Shown here one piece after another: positions 62,253 through 64,000 of a DNA stretch of 64,000 nucleotides. Position numbers and translations under genes: made by a program. The stretch covers positions 67,071-131,070 of the forward strand of contig DF237013.1 of assembly GCA_000708835.1 (NCBI GenBank), in the 5' to 3' direction. Below the pieces are notes generated by a model, which saw only the letters and a list, made by a program, of their open reading frames with translations, was not told where the DNA came from and did not search any database. How positions within the stretch are numbered: the first letter of the stretch is position 1; each line of letters begins with the position of its first letter. The stretch comes from Klebsormidium nitens. Lineage: Eukaryota > Plantae > Klebsormidiophyceae.

Positions 62253-64000
62253 ATAATAGACGGTTTGTGTGTCCTTTCGCGCTTTTGTAATCGATATTTG
62301 ACTGTCGGATACAGCTCGCTCCTAAGGGATGTGCTCGTATATAACGCAGCTTGTCCGCTTGTACAAGTAGGTAGATATGGCTCCGCAACAATATGGTTAT
62401 CAAATTGTACCAAGGGACTCTGAGCTAGCGTATCAGTCGTGCAGGATGTGTAGGGAATCACAGGAAGACACCGAGGAGCACTTACGGGAAATCAATCAAA
62501 GAAATCATGAAAGTACAACAACAATGTTCTGCAGAACGCAGCTCGCACTGAACGGTGTTTCTGGCAACAATTTTTATGCATATCATCAGGCCACGGTGCG
62601 TGTTGCATGGACGTGCATGTTAAGAACCTCCTAGCTCGCTTGCACATGGTGTCTGAATCGATGTTGTTTTATAATCAGTTTGAATCTTACTTTGGTATCC
62701 GACATTATACATGCATGCCTAGGTCACCCATGTGCCGGCTGCGTTCAGCATGATCGGAAAGTTCATTCAGGCGAATCGCCCTGGCCTTGAACCAGACGCC
62801 TGGCAAGTGGCGTCAGTGCGCGCAGCACAATGCCATTAAGATTGATACATGGCGAATTTCCAGGCAAGTTTTTATTAAGGCGGCTAAGTGCACCAAGCTG
62901 CCATGAAGTACGTTTGAACTATAGGGCCGGGTACATTTGCACGCTGTGTCAACCTATCTGCATGCAGGCCGCTATAGCACTAAGCAAAGCAGCGGGCCTG
63001 TGCTTGTCCAGCAACTCATTTCGTACGCGTCGAATCTGATGCAGGTTTATATCAGTTGAGCAAAGAACCAGAGCCCCACTCCACTTGCTTTGCTCTACAA
63101 GGATTGGTGAAGACATGCTGTCAGTCGACATTACAGATGATCCATTCAGTCAAACGAGGAGGAAGACACTGTTTGCCACTGTACCTTTTGTTTCATGAGT
63201 AGGGTGCGAGTCCGGAACCAAACACTCGATTACCGCTCGTTTCCACCGCTTGACTTACCGCTTGCGCCCGACCTACCGTCGCTCACTTCAACCAATGTCC
63301 CAAACACCTAGTCGGCGCCTCGTCGTGAAGACGCCATGTGTTTCCTACCTACCCGGTCAAGCATAATACATGTAAAGACTATTCGAGGCTGCACAGGCAA
63401 TCAAGTTGGCGCTCGGATGCCACGCCAGGTGCAGCAACTTGGAAGTGAAGTCGTTTGTGCCTGTGGGGTTTTCTGGAGACCCGGTTTCGCCTGCAAAATC
63501 GCATGTACACATCACAATCGGTCGCAGAAGCGCTCAAAGAAAGGACCAGCGAGCTCGATGCTTGGGCCGATATGGTTCTGGGGTTCGCACTATCTCATTT
63601 GAGTGTGAGTCTGCATCAAAGGACTCTGTCGAACGGCCAGGCTGCTCCTACTTTCTCGGGTCTAAGGCACAGCAGAGAACACTCAAGTTTGAAAAGCTCC
63701 TGACCGAGCAAGGGGACCCCGCCTCTAGCTACTCTCCTATCGACTCCTTACTATCGCAATAGGGCAAGAAAAGTCCTGGTATACGCTCAAGCACACCAGA
63801 TGTACCTCCTACCAAGTAGCTCTGGATCCGATTCACTCCATTACCGGTGCACAAAAGAACCCACGATCAGATTCTACTTCCACATGTACAAAATCATTGA
63901 GGACTTTGGAATCACAAGCAGGACAAAGGGCCCCGTACCTCTCCGTGCGTCCCGTCGGCCCCGGGCCAAGTTCGCCAGCCGGCTGCCCGACCGCGCGGGC

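Overview
This window is eukaryotic, intron-rich genomic DNA, not prokaryotic. It has short GC3-rich exons and GT/GC-AG introns with ttgcag-type acceptors. The gene set is plant-type (RWP-RK factor, EID1-like F-box, ER-type ureidoglycolate amidohydrolase), which suggests a streptophyte alga such as Klebsormidium; the taxon is my inference. I reconstructed exon chains by hand and checked splice phases. In order, the window contains: the 3' half of a 1-Cys peroxiredoxin (48-1658, +); an RWP-RK transcription factor (7878-13552, +); a frameshifted EID1-like F-box gene (15206-16095, +); a secreted RNase T2 (18111-22806, -); a ureidoglycolate amidohydrolase with signal peptide and KDEL (24215-29758, -); a second complete 1-Cys peroxiredoxin (31145-33988, +); an AT-rich GT-A glycosyltransferase ORF (to 37647, +); a decayed three-exon Argonaute PIWI fragment (38679-39435, +); a 23-exon Argonaute with a DEDD tetrad (40110-53306, +); a glyoxalase-like VOC protein (54423-56127, -); and an AIFM2/FSP1-like flavoprotein (58082-62252, +). 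I saw no rRNA, tRNA, CRISPR array or intact transposon. The most notable patterns are: (i) repeated local exon-echo duplications, including ~140-bp units spanning splice sites; (ii) an apparent non-canonical GA splice donor in the Argonaute PAZ region; (iii) an RWP-RK protein with a degenerate RK motif and two novel repeated peptide motifs; (iv) a glycosyltransferase that may be foreign. None of these is proven to be a new biological system.
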